This document shows positions 26,410-38,445 of a DNA stretch of 46,872 bases, in pieces; the first letter of the stretch is position 1; each line of letters opens with the position of its first letter. Source of the stretch: Tubiluchus corallicola (taxonomy: Eukaryota > Animalia > Priapulida); assembly GCA_030141605.1 (NCBI GenBank), contig JAQGDQ010001332.1:1-46872 (forward strand). Direction: 5' to 3'. The translations under genes were made by a program, and so were the position numbers. The notes under the pieces are model-generated. The model searched no databases and had not been told where the DNA came from. It worked only from the letters and a program-made list of their open reading frames with translations.

Positions 26410-28080
26410 TATCCTATTTTCAAGTACGATAAAATTTTAAGTATTCTACTTTCAAGTACGATAAAATTTTAAGTATTCTATTTTCAAGTACGATAAAATT
26501 TTAAGTATTCTATTTTCAAGTACGATAAAATTTTAAGTATTCTATTTTCAAGTACGATAAAATTTTAAGTATCCTATTTTCAAGTACGATAAAATTTTAA
26601 GTATTCTATTTTCAAGTATGATAAATTTTTAAGTATTCTATTTTCAAGTACGATAAAATTTTAAGTATTCTATTTTCAAGTACGATAAAATTTTAAGTAT
26701 TCTATTTTCAAGTATGATAAAATTTTAAGTATTCTATTTTCAAGTACGATAAAATTTTAAGTATTCTATTTTCAAGTACGATAAAATTTTAAGTATTCTA
26801 TTTTCAAGTACGATAAAATTTTAAGTATTCTATTTTCAAGTACGATAAAATTTTAAGTATTCTATTTTCAAGTACGATAAAATTTTAAGTATCCTATTTT
26901 CAAGTACGATAAAATTTTAAGTATTCTATTTTCAAGTACGATAAAATTTTAAGTATCCTATTTTCAAGTACGATAAAATTTTAAGTATTCTATTTTGAAG
27001 TACGATACGTATACATCACGATTTTTCACATACTATCCTATTTTCAAGTACGATAAAATTTTAAGTATTCTACTTTCAAGTACGATAAAATTTTAAGTAT
27101 TCTATTTTCAAGTATGATAAAATTTTAAGTATTCTATTTTCAAGTACGATAAAATTTTAAGTATTCTATTTTCAAGTACGATAAAATTTTAAGTATCCTA
27201 TTTTCAAGTACGATAAAATTTTAAGTATTCTATTTTCAAGTACGATAAAATTTTAAGTATTCTATTTTCAAGTACGATAAAATTTTAAGTATTCTATTTT
27301 CAAGTACGATAAAATTTTAAGTATTCTATTTTCAAGTACGATAAAATTTTAAGTATCCTATTTTCAAGTACGATAAAATTTTAAGTATTCTATTTTCAAG
27401 TATGATAAAATTTTAAGTATTCTATTTTCAAGTACGATAAAATTTTAAGTATTCTATTTTCAAGTACGATAAAATTTTAAGTATCCTATTTTCAAGTACG
27501 ATAAAATTTTAAGTATTCTATTTTCAAGTACGATAAAATTTTAAGTATCCCATTTTCAAGTACGATAAAATTTTAAGTATTCTATTTTGAAGTACGATAC
27601 GTATACATCACGATTTTTCACATACTATCCTATTTTCAAGTACGATAAAATTTTAAGTATTCTATTTTCAAGTACGATAAAATTTTAAGTATCCTATTTT
27701 CAAGTACGATAAAATTTTAAGTATTCTATTTTGAAGTACGATACGTATACATCACGATTATTCACATACTATCCTATTTTCAAGTACGATAAAATTTGAA
27801 GTATTCTATTTTCAAGTACGATAAAATTTTAATTATTCTATTTTCAAGTACGATAAAATTTTAAGTATCCTATTTTCAAGTACGATAAAATTTCAAGTAT
27901 TCTATTTTCAAGTACGATAAAATTTTAATTATTCTATTTTCAAGTACGATAAAATTTCAAGTATTCTATTTTCAAGTACGATAAAATTTTAAGTATTCTA
28001 TTTTCAAGTACGATAAAATTTTAAGTATCCTATTTTCAAGTACGATAAAATTTTAAGTATTCTATTTTCAAGTACGATAC
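26410..28080. repeat. 32-bp minisatellite (tattttcaagtacgataaaattttaagtattc), ~50 units
   Basis: Period 32 (31 in the atcc variant); interrupted three times by an acgtatacatcacgatt.ttcacatac junction. Confidence 0.96.
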
Positions 28081-28866
28081 GTATACATTTTAACACAATT
28101 AATGCTGCAAAAGCGTTTCTGATGAATAAATAATAGATTAAAAACTTAATTAACGTCGGGCGAGCCTAACTATTGATGACATCACCAACGAACATAATTT
28201 TCAACAGCAAAAATATTCAACGAGCGTGTTGCACGTGTTTGCCAAAGCGAAAAATAATTGAAGTTCAGAGCTACTGTAAGATATTCAGTGTTTTGTACTA
28301 AAACCTGGCAAGTTTTAAGATAAAAATTCAAATTCCAAATTTACTGCTGTGCTCGCGCATGACCTGTCGAACGTGTGCAGTTCGTCACAAACTAACACAT
28401 CTGAACTGAGAGGTGCAGCGCCTGTTTTTGTGCAATGCGTTTCCGAAATGCAGGCGCTGGAGCCCCCGTCTAATTAGTGAACGACGAAATGCATGTAGCA
28501 GCGAAGAACTAGTGGCGCGAATGTGAAATTGTGTTTGTGTGGTAATAATTCTTTCACGTAAGTCGTTTTTTTTAAATAGTGTGTTTTAATATTCAATATT
28601 TTAAAGAGTAGATTGTGTTGACCTGCAGTTTAAGTTTTGCTTCAAACAGTTAGACACAGGTAATGACGGAACGGAACCACACTTCTGAATATGGAAAACA
28701 AATGTGAAAGGAAATGTGAAAAAGTCGGAATACTTTTGGATTTGAACCCAAAACATTTCCTTCACAAGGCGAATGTCGTGACCACTTGCAATTCGTACTT
28801 AGCACTTGAAACGGCTATTGAAACGACCCTGAAGTTTTATTTAGTTGATATCAGAAATCTTATTAC

Positions 28867-28928
28867 CTGTGACTTGGTGCAAATTGGATAAACATCATCT
28901 TCAGCACTCTGAGAGAGTAGGAAAAAAC
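28867..28928 (-). CDS. CEP104: CEP104-like exon, TOG (VFSYSLRVLKMMFIQFAPSHR)
   Basis: ttccag| acceptor, CAG|gtaata donor, phase 0-2, bridges the flanking exons exactly. Confidence 0.85.
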
Positions 28929-29176
28929 CTGGAACAAGTGACAGATTCAATGCAAAAAAATTAAAAGAAGCATGGGGTTTTGTAACTTAAAAGAAAAGAC
29001 ATGCTTTAATGTTCATGAAAACGTTAGAAGGATTTAATAATAAACCTGCAATAAGCGCTTACGTCACAAACTAACTACAGTTTGTGCAATGGCAGGCGTC
29101 TTCACTTGCACGTCAAGCACATTTGCATAAGTGCTACAATAATACGTGCAACAATATTGCACTCTTGCACTCTACA

Positions 29177-30221
29177 ATAATTTCCAAGTGAATACGTTAC
29201 ACTTACGAAAAGATATGAGCTCCACCAGTTACGTCAATGTTTTTAAGTGAATACGTTACACTTACGAAAAGTTATGAGCTCCACCAGTTACGTCATAATT
29301 TTCAAGTGAATACGTTACACTTATGAAAAGTTATGAAGTCCACCAGTTACGTCATAATTTCCAACTGAATACGCTACACTTACGAAAAGATATGAGCTCC
29401 ACCAGTTACGTCAATGTTTTAAGTGAATACGTTACACTTACGAAAAGTTATGAGCTCCACCAGTTACGTCATAATTTTCAAGTGAATACGTTACACTTAT
29501 GAAAAGTTATGAAGTCCACCAGTTACGTCATAATTTCCAAGTGAATACGCTACACTTACGAAAAGTTATGAGCTCCACCAGTTACGTCATAATTTTCAAG
29601 TGAATACGTTACACTTACGAAAAGTTATGAGCTCCACCAGTTACGTCATAATTTTCAAGTGAATACGTTGCACTTACGAAAAGATATGAGCTCCACCAGT
29701 TACGTCAATGTTTTTAAGTGAATACGTTACACTTACGAAAAGTTATGAGCTCCACCAGTTACGTCATAATTTTCAAGTGAATACGTTACACTTATGAAAA
29801 GTTACGAAGTCCACCAGTTACGTCATAATTTCCAAGTGAATAAGCTACACTTACGAAAAGATATGAGCTCCACCAGTTACGTCAATGTTTTTAAGTGAAT
29901 ACGTTACACTTACGAAAAGTTATGAGCTCCACCAGTTACGTCATAATTTTCAAGTGAATACGTTACACTTATGAAAAGTTATGAAGTCCACCAGTTACGT
30001 CATAATTTCCAAGTGAATACGCTACACTTACGAAAAGTTATGAGCTCCACCAGTTACGTCATAATTTTCAAGTGAATACGTTACACTTACGAAAAGTTAT
30101 GAGCTCCACCAGTTACGTCATAATTTTCAAGTGAATACGCACTTACGAAAAGTTATGAGCTCCACTAGTTACGTCATAATTTTCAAGTGAATACGTTACA
30201 CTTACGAAAAGTTATGAGCTA
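29177..30221. repeat. 59-bp minisatellite (~17 units)
   Basis: aagtgaatacgttacacttacgaaaagttatgagctccaccagttacgtcataattttc repeated. Confidence 0.96.
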
Positions 30222-30770
30222 AAACGTGTAAATTTAAACTCCCGCGGTGACCGTTACGCGCAGCCATTTTAATGCTAGGTCATTTGAAACAAGTTTTGAT
30301 AACATTAAGTAAAGTTTGAAATACATAATCAGAGTATTCGTAGCATAGGTGTTGCTAATTAAGTAAAATTTTAAATTACTGTATCTTACGATAAAAAATG
30401 CTTTTTTGGTTAGTGAGTGGCGCACCCTGGAGGGTGAGTCAGCGACATTTTACCGATTGGTACAAACATCTAAAATTATTAGTCTAGGTAAATGTTTTTC
30501 CAGTAGATAAGTGAAATGCTAAGTAATATAGATTTGCACGGAAAGTTTTTTTGGGTCATAATTTAACATTGCCTTTTCTTCCCATGATTTACGTAGCGTA
30601 GTGACGTCATGTAATGGCGCCGTCGGAACAGTATTGCGAGAAATTTAGAATGAAAACAGACGAAAATTCCTTTAACGCGAATACGATATGTGCATAAAAT
30701 TGCTGTAAAGTATTGTAATTTTTAAGGCGATTTTTCTGAAACCTACTTCACGTACCCCTTTTCTTGTGCT
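30222..30770 (+). mobile_element. Right half of the Kolobok-like foldback element (homologous to ~41910-42477)
   Basis: Colinear similarity ending ...ccccttttcttgtgct|TTAA; a further central fragment lies at ~34050-34190. Confidence 0.75.
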
Positions 30771-31334
30771 TTAAACTATAACAGTAAAATAAACCCAACA
30801 TACGAAAGTGACTTGACCTTTACTTTGAAGCGGAAAATATAAACACACAAAGTTACCAAGTTTAGCATAATTTATTCAAATAGTTTAGTTTGCTGCAAGG
30901 AAGAACATTTACTTTACACTTAGCAGTGCATTCGTGATGTGTGCCTTGTGGAGAGACCAGTGCCTGCTTTGCTATGAAAGCTAGCGCTTTAATAAGGATA
31001 ATTAACCAAAAAGAGATGTTTTCGCAATGTCTCGAAACAGCTAGATTAAAATGGCAAACAGAAACAAATTCACCCCTACCCTTACTACCTGATTTAGTGT
31101 TGCTTAACTGCAATCGTTAAGCACACATTCTGTCTCGCTGGTGTTATAAGCTGGGTAATAAGTTGGCAAAGTTAGAAACGACAGAGTGAACGGATAAGCA
31201 AGTGAACGGAAAAGAAAATAACCAGCCAACCACCAGTTGACCAGTCAACCAAACAAACAAGCAAATGATCTCTGGTGATCAAACAATAATTTAAAAAAAT
31301 AAGCGACTAAACAAATGAATAAAATTCATAGAGA

Positions 31335-31585
31335 TAAACAGACAGACAGACAGACAATCATGCAAACAAACGAACAAAAACAAACAAACAGACAGACAAA
31401 CAAACAAACAAACAAACAAAACTACAAGCAAACAATCAGCAAAGAAGCAGACAAACAAGCATACAAACAAACAAACAAACAACCAGGCAAACAAACACAA
31501 GCAAGCAAACAAACAAACAAACAAAACAAACAAACAAAACTACAAGCAAACAATCAGCAAACAAGTAGATAAATAAACAAACAAA
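31335..31585. repeat. (CAAA)n/(CAGA)n microsatellite
   Basis: Directly visible. Confidence 0.9.
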
Positions 31586-31865
31586 CTACTCTTAATGTTT
31601 TGTACTGACGATGGTTAGAGGTTAAAATGTAGCTGAAATAGAAACAAAAACAAAAAATGAAATGGCAGGAAAACAAGGATAAATAGAAAGCAATTTATAA
31701 CAAAAAAGAAGACGTAACATGAATGAGTCACAAATGGAAATGGTGCTGACAAGCCACAGGCACTAGCAGTGTCTAGTTTTTTACCGTATTAACTGCTGGG
31801 TTTACCTGTCTTGAGGGCAGATATCTTTCATATTAAAATTCTGCCCAGTGTCTACAATAGCTGCA

Positions 31866-31917
31866 TGATGATGACGATGACGATGACGACGACGACGACG
31901 ATGATAATGATGATGAC

Positions 31918-31952
<35 letters not shown>

Positions 31953-32151
31953 CGACGACGACGATGATGATGATGATAATGATTATGATGATAATGATGA
32001 CGACGACGATAATGATGAATATGATTATGAGGACGACGACGATGATGACGACGATGGTGATGAAGATGATGATGACGACGACGATGATGATGATGATCAT
32101 GACGACGAGGATGATGGTCATGATGATGATCACACCGACGATAATAACAAC

Positions 32152-32219
<68 letters not shown>

Positions 32220-32338
32220 CGATGATAATGATCATAATGATGTCGATGATGATGACCATAATGACGACGATCATAATCATGATAATGACAATGACGACAC
32301 GATGACGATGACGACGACGATGACAATGACAACAATGA
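31866..32338. repeat. (GAT/GAC)n trinucleotide tract
   Basis: Directly visible; source of the spurious poly-His/Met/Ile ORFs. Confidence 0.96.
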
Positions 32339-32350
32339 TCTGTTTCTTAC

Positions 32351-32518
32351 CTGGAACACAGTATCTTTCAATGTTTTCTCTAAAACTTTGATAGCTGCCC
32401 TCCACAACAGTCGACTCTCCTCTTTTGTAGCATCTTCCGGATGCTCATTGAGTCTCTCCTGTAACTTCCGCAACGCGTACCCCTTTTGAGCCCAGCTTTT
32501 AGAATAGGCTCTCGCCAC
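32351..32518 (-). CDS. CEP104: CEP104-like exon, TOG first HEAT repeats (VARAYSKSWAQKGYALRKLQERL...RAAIKVLEKTLKDTVFQ)
   Basis: tctag|GTG acceptor, CAG|gtaaga donor, phase 0-0; AYSKxW and L.D.V..V motifs. Confidence 0.92.
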
Positions 32519-33134
32519 CTAGACAAAATCAGTGGTAATGTGTAAGCCTTAAAATCGCTTCTTTCAATAGGCCTAAAGCGACTTCCGGCACAACTTCCCG
32601 TTGGGAGGTTGTAGAAATATTAAGATGGGCAAAAAGGTTATAACATTATTTATCTTCAGATAATTATAAACACAATTTAACGATTAACAGTTAATAAAAA
32701 AATTAACGTACAGTTGTTAAATTTTTGAAATCATTTCGAAAGGAAGGCAAAACAACGGGTCAATCTAGATTTGAACCACGGTCTTCTTACGTAGCAGTTC
32801 ATTACTTTGACCATAGACTTATAGCTCCTTGTGATCATTGCAGGTCTTAGCCTGACCCAAATAATGCATGAAATTTAATGTTTAAGGAAGGAATAATAAT
32901 TCATTCATTTATTATACTCGAATTAGACTTGCCAGTCCCTGTAGAAAAGAGTTAAATTTGGCAAAGCAACACACCGATGAGACAAGAAAAACAGTCCATA
33001 TCTTGAGCAGATTTTCAAGCAATAAATGCCACATAAAATAAAACACGACACACTGTCAACTCTGATCAGGCAAATGAAAGGATAAAAAACTCAAATGCTC
33101 ACATTCGCGTTATTGTTTCTCTTTGTGCTTTATG

Positions 33135-33191
33135 TTGTAATTGTTGCTGTTGCTGCTGTTTCTATTGCTGTTGTTGTTGATGTCATTGTCG

Positions 33192-33234
<43 letters not shown>

Positions 33235-33900
33235 GGTTGGTGTTGTCGTTGTTATTGTTATGGTTGTTGTTGTTGTTGTTATTGTTATTCCTGTTGTTGC
33301 GTGGTTGCTGCTGCTGTTGCTGTTGTTGTTGTTGCTGCTGATGTTTTTGCTGTTGCTGTTGTTGCTACTGCTGATGGTGCTGTTGTTGCTGCTGCTGATG
33401 GTGCTGTTGCTGTTGTTGTCGATGCAGTTGTCGTTGTTGTTGTCGTGGTTGGTGTTGTTATTATTGCTGCTGCTCTTGTCATTGTGTGGTTGCCGTTACT
33501 GTTGTTGTCGATGTCATTGTCATTGTCCTTGTTCTTGTCATTGTTGCTGCTGCTGTTGCTGTTGCTGTCGTTGTCGATGTCGTTGTCATTGTGCTTTTTC
33601 TTGTCATTGTTGCTGTTGCTGTTGTTGTCGATGTCATTGCCGTTGTCCTTGTTCTTGTCATTGTTGGTGTTGCTGTTGTTGTCGATGTCGTTGCCGTTGT
33701 CCTTGTTCTTGTCATTGTTGCTGTTGCTGTTGTTGTCGATGTCGTTGCCGTTGTCCTTGTTTTTGTCATTGTTGATGTTGCTGTTGTTGTCGATGTCGTT
33801 GCCATTGTCCTTGTTCTTGTCATTGTTGCTGTTGCTGTTGTTGTCGATGTCGTCGTCGTTTATCTTGTTCTTGTCATTGTTGCTGTTGTTGTTGTTTTAG
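33135..33900. repeat. (GTT/GCT/GTC)n tract grading into a ~57-bp minisatellite
   Basis: Directly visible. Confidence 0.93.
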
Positions 33901-34628
33901 TGGCGATTGTTTTCAGAAATACACGCAAAAAAGTTGCTCATTTCAAAAATCCTTTTAATAATAATTTTGCTGTCAGACGTTGATACATAAACAACTTTGT
34001 TGTCAAATTTAAAGCACATGAAAACACTCTTCATAAACAAAAGTTACACGCCGTCTTACTGCACCCAGGGCTTGCGTTACCAGTAGCGCTGTATGAAGCT
34101 AGTAAATTTAAACTCCAGCGATTATCAATAGGCGCGGCCATTTTAACGGTAAGTCTTTTGAAACAAGTTTAGATAACGTTGCATAAAGTTTGAAAAAAGT
34201 TGGAGCACAGGTGGCACACATTTCCGTAACTCAGCAAAAGAATAAATAATTTTGTATTGTAAACAGGGTCAAAATGTGTCATTTGGTGAGTCAGTGAGTC
34301 ACACTGATTGGGGGTTACGACATTTTTCGGACATGTACAGAAAAACGAAAAATTGAAATTTAGAATGTTTTTCACACATTTCTGACCACCACCCACTCTT
34401 AAACGTCTACATAAGTGGATAATGGGTATCCATTTCATTTGACGACAATTAAAACATTTCTCCTCCAAGTCTGCGATCTCGATGTTCGTCAAAAGAGACT
34501 TTTCGCTGAGTATTGCTCGTCAGGGTGATTTAACGGACCGTGATTCTTCTAAGAGCTGACGTTATTAAAGTAATTATTATTATTATTAGGGTCAAGTAAA
34601 CGATGTTTGTTGACGACCAAAACTTTGA

Positions 34629-35660
34629 TCACCAGTGGAAGTCTCTTCCCACCACCTGATAAAACATTTTGTTCCAAGGTTTATAAAATGCTCTGAGTTT
34701 GTCTAAAAGCTCTTGCGCAACTTCTGGATGTGGTCGTCCTTTCGTTCTCCCTAAACACCTGTGCGCTGTCTCATTACGAATGCAATAAAACCCTCTAGTT
34801 TCATTGTAGTAGAAATTGTCTTTGGTTAAGAAATGGTCGATACTCAAATATCTTTCTACTTTCTGTATTTCGTCAAGAGGATTTTTAATTAAATTGTCAC
34901 CGTCCACAATGTGAACTTGTTCCAAAGGAAAGTATTCAAGCCACCTCGAGAAATGGTGATAATACAGACCGATATTTATTGGCAAGTACGAGACAGAAAC
35001 TTCACCGTTTATAATAGCGAGATCTTCAAATTTTGGAAGCGGTATCTGTCTTTGTAACACATTACTCTGTGTTTGTGCGTAGTCAGATATGGCCCTAGTG
35101 ACAGGTTCTCGAACTATAAGCACAAGTTTTATACTGGCATTCATGCGTTGGATTCTACGTGGCACTGACTCAGCAATAAAATAGGCTGGTGACTTCTCGA
35201 TTGTAATTTGATCGTTATACGAGTATGGCATACGTTTGCGATACCATTTTAGCCCTTAGAAGTAATTCTCGTCTTTGTCAAAGAAGTGAGGTTCCCCTCC
35301 AGCTGTCCGTATCCTGGGATGCAGACTCATGAATGTCAGCAGCGCCCTCGTGCCGCATTTTTGGGCGCCAACAACAATACACTGCGGCAGGCGTCGTTTC
35401 AAGCTACCAAAGTCTCTCTCCAGGGTTGACTGTCCATAAGTTTGGGTTAAGTTGACGTTAGATGGCGCGAGATGAAACACAAGAAAGCATGACGTGAAGA
35501 TGAGCAAGAAAGCGGCTGCCATTTTTCGAACATGAAGTGTACTGTACGCATTGAAAATATCCAAAATATCCGCCATTTTGTGACGTACTGACGTCAGTCT
35601 TCGTTGCAGAAGGTACAGCAGTGAAGGGACTGTTTTTCCGTGATTTCTCAAAGCCGCCAT
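34629..35660 (-). CDS. HS3ST: Heparan sulfate glucosamine 3-O-sulfotransferase (HS3ST1/HS3ST5-like), single coding exon, 343 codons before the terminal stop, with one in-frame TAA at 35256-35258
   Basis: N-terminal TM anchor, LPQCIVVGAQKCGTRALL (5'PSB loop), EPHFFD, WYRKRMPYS, EKSPAYF, REPVTRAISDY (3'PB), CLGRTKGRPHP; the two track ORFs are in one frame, joined by *GLKWYRKR; tttttcag| acceptor 10 nt upstream of the ATG. Confidence 0.93.
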
Positions 35661-36042
35661 TGTGCATAACCTGAAAAACTTATTTATAATAACTTATAGA
35701 TAAAATAATAAATGTAATAAAATAAGTAAAATAATAACTTATTTGTTTCCTTTCAAAGTCGTTACGAAACACAGACGATTGTGCAAAATTTTCAAAATCT
35801 GAATCACAAACCTGCGAGGTGTTTTGTACAGCAGAGTTTAGACGCAACACCGGAATTCCACGTTGTTCTGGACAGATCATACCCAAGCACTGTGCGAACC
35901 CGTTTGACCGCTTTCCTTTTTAAACGCGTGTCTCCTGGTGTGGCTGGTGGCTTCACTAAGTTGTAGGCGTGACCTTGATATTATGTACAAAGTCAACCGT
36001 GTACAGTCATTGGCGCAATTAGAGGAACTCCTGATTTCTCGC

Positions 36043-36218
36043 TGTTGTTGGCTTCGTTGTCATTGTCGTTGTTGTTATTGGTGTTGATGGCAGTGATGCT
36101 GTTGCTGTTGTCGTTTTTGTTGTCAGTGGTGTCAGCGGCTGTTACTGTTGTTGCTGTTGCTGTTGTTGCAGTGTCTATTGCTGCTGCTGTTGCTCTTGCT
36201 GTGGCCTTTTGTTGTTGT

Positions 36219-36271
<53 letters not shown>

Positions 36272-36455
36272 TTGCTGTTGATGTTGATGTTGATGTTACG
36301 GTGGCTGCTATTGTTGCTGCTGCTGCTGTTGCGGTGGCTGCTGTGGCTGCTATTGTTGCTGCTGCTGCTGCTGTTGCTCTTGCTGTGGCCTTTTGTTGTT
36401 GTTGTTGTTTTTGTTGTTGTTGCTGTTGCTGTTGCTGTTGCTGTTGTTATTGTTA
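36043..36455. repeat. (GTT/GCT)n tract
   Basis: Directly visible. Confidence 0.92.
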
Positions 36456-36858
36456 TTTTCTGCGCTATGAATTCTGTGCGCAAACTGTGATTGTACTGTT
36501 ACTGAAAAACCCCGAAAAAATAACATTTGTCACTTTTCTTTTGTTTTTTATTCGTTTTTTCTTCTTTCACCAAGATAAGTTCAAAATGGTGAAGCAAAAT
36601 GGCGTGGCTCCCTTTCCTCAACGGTGTGGTATTTTATATTAATTGCTCGACTTATTGTCATCAAGAATCAGCTTCGTATTATTGGGCTCGCGCGTGACAA
36701 GGACTGCTTTGTCTATTATCTAAAATACTGCACTTACAATCAGAAGCTCGTTGGTTCAAAACCATGTCCTGACCAAATTTTCACGAAGATCTTCATTTTT
36801 TTGGTTTGTTTAATATATCGAATGAATTAAGTGCGCACGCGTAATACTAAACTTTAAC

Positions 36859-37900
36859 AGAGTAGGAAGGCAGGTAAGTGTGGCTTCGTTACCGTTGTTG
36901 ATAGAGTAGGAAGGCAGGTAAGTGTGGCTTCGTTACCGTTGTCGATAGAGTAGGAAGGCAGGTAAGTGTCCCTTCGTTACCGTTGTCGATAGAGTAGGAA
37001 GGCAGGTAAGTGTGGCTTCGTTACCGTTGTCGATAGAGTAGGAAGGCAGGTAAGTGTGGCTTCGTTACCGTTGTCGATAGAGTAGGAAGGTAGGTAAGTG
37101 TCCCTTCGTTACCGTTGTCGATAGAGTAGGAAGGCAGGTAAGTGTGGCTTCGTTACCGTTGTCGATAGAGTAGGAAGGCAGGTAAGTGAGGCTTCGTTAC
37201 CGTTGTCGATAGAGTAGGAAGGCAGGTAAGTGTGGCTTCGTTACCCCTGTTGATAGAGTAGGAAGGCAGGTAAGTGTGGCTTCGTTACCGCTTGTTGATA
37301 GAGTAGGAAGGCAGGTAAGTGTGGCTTCGTTACCGTTGTCGATAGAGTAGAAAGGCAGGTAAGTGTCCCTTCGTTACCGTTGTCGATAGAGTAGGAAGGC
37401 AGGTAAGTGTGGCTTCGTTACCGTTGTCGATAGAGTAGGAAGGCAGGTAAGTGTGGCTTCGTTACCGTTGTCGATAGAGTAGGAAGGTAGGTAAGTGTCC
37501 CTTCGTTACCGTTGTCGATAGAGTAGGAAGGCAGGTAAGTGTGGCTTCGTTACCGTTGTCGATAGAGTAGAAGGCAGGTAAGTGAGGCTTCGTTACCGTT
37601 GTCGATAGAGTAGGAAGGCAGGTAAGTGTGGCTTCGTTACCATTGTTGATAGAGTAGGAAGGCAGGCAAGTGTGGCTTGGTTACCATTGTTGATAGAGTA
37701 GGAAGGCAGGTAAGTGTGGCTTCGTTACCATTGTTGATAGAGTAGGAAGGCAGGTAAGTGTGGCTTCGTTACCGATGTTGATAGAGTAGGAAGGCAGGTA
37801 AGTGTGGCTTCGTTACCGATGTTGATAGAGTAGGAAGGCAGGTAAGTGCGGCTTCGTTACCGATGTTGATAGAGTAGAAGGCAGGTAAGTTTGGCTTCGT
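36859..37900. repeat. 44-bp minisatellite (~23 units) abutting a CEP104 splice donor
   Basis: agagtaggaaggcaggtaagtgtggcttcgttaccgttgtcgat repeated. Confidence 0.97.
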
Positions 37901-37907
37901 TATTTAC

Positions 37908-38065
37908 CAGGTTTTTTCCTAACACAGCAATGGCTTTTTTTGCATCAGTGATATCTTTGGCAGACATCTTTGCTGGTGCTCCCAGATCGTCGGAAAATTC
38001 TCTCGGAGTTTTTAGAGACGCTTGTGCTGGCGGCGGTGGTGGTTCGTCGTCATCATCACTAACCT
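37908..38065 (-). CDS. CEP104: CEP104-like exon preceding TOG (EVSDDDDEPPPPPAQ...APAKMSAKDITDAKKAIAVLGKNL)
   Basis: attcag| acceptor, CTG|gtaaat donor, phase 1-0; joins VARAYSK as expected for the CEP104 A..AI.V.G..LV motif. Confidence 0.85.
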
Positions 38066-38212
38066 CTGAATGTAGTAACACATTAAGTTAGCGTTTGCTC
38101 GAGCAATGCAACATTTTAAGCGCAAGTTTTTAACGATTGACAAAAAATTGACAATCACCAAACGAGACAAAAATCTTTACCAAGTAGAAACTGTTGCAGA
38201 TGTAAGACAGAC

Positions 38213-38445
38213 TAACAGAGCAAACATTTCAACATTGTAAAAGCTCTGCCCAGTCTGCCTGCCCATTTGCATCTGTGTCTTATGAACACACGCCACGTGT
38301 AAAGATCTCCTGGTATGGAGACATTGACCATAACTGTAGGTACAGTGAAGTAACAGAGCAAGCATTTGAATATTGCAAACACTCTGCCTAGTCTGCCTGC
38401 CCATTTGCATCTATATCTTATGAACACACGCCACGTGTAAAGATC
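38213..38445. repeat. Tandem duplication of ~135 bp
   Basis: ctctgcc.agtctgcctgcccatttgcatct.t.tcttatgaacacacgccacgtgtaaagatc occurs twice. Confidence 0.8.

Noticed and set aside
31802-32350. Poly-His extension of the TOG exon ORF
   Set aside because: Lies beyond a canonical CAG|gtaaga donor; a (GAT)n tract
35256-35258. Alternative genetic code or selenocysteine recoding
   Set aside because: The codon is TAA, not TGA, and none of the 13 CEP104 exons contains an in-frame TAA/TAG
36859-37900. CRISPR-like appearance of the 24-59 bp arrays
   Set aside because: Units are directly tandem with no unique spacers, there are no cas genes, and the context is eukaryotic and intronic
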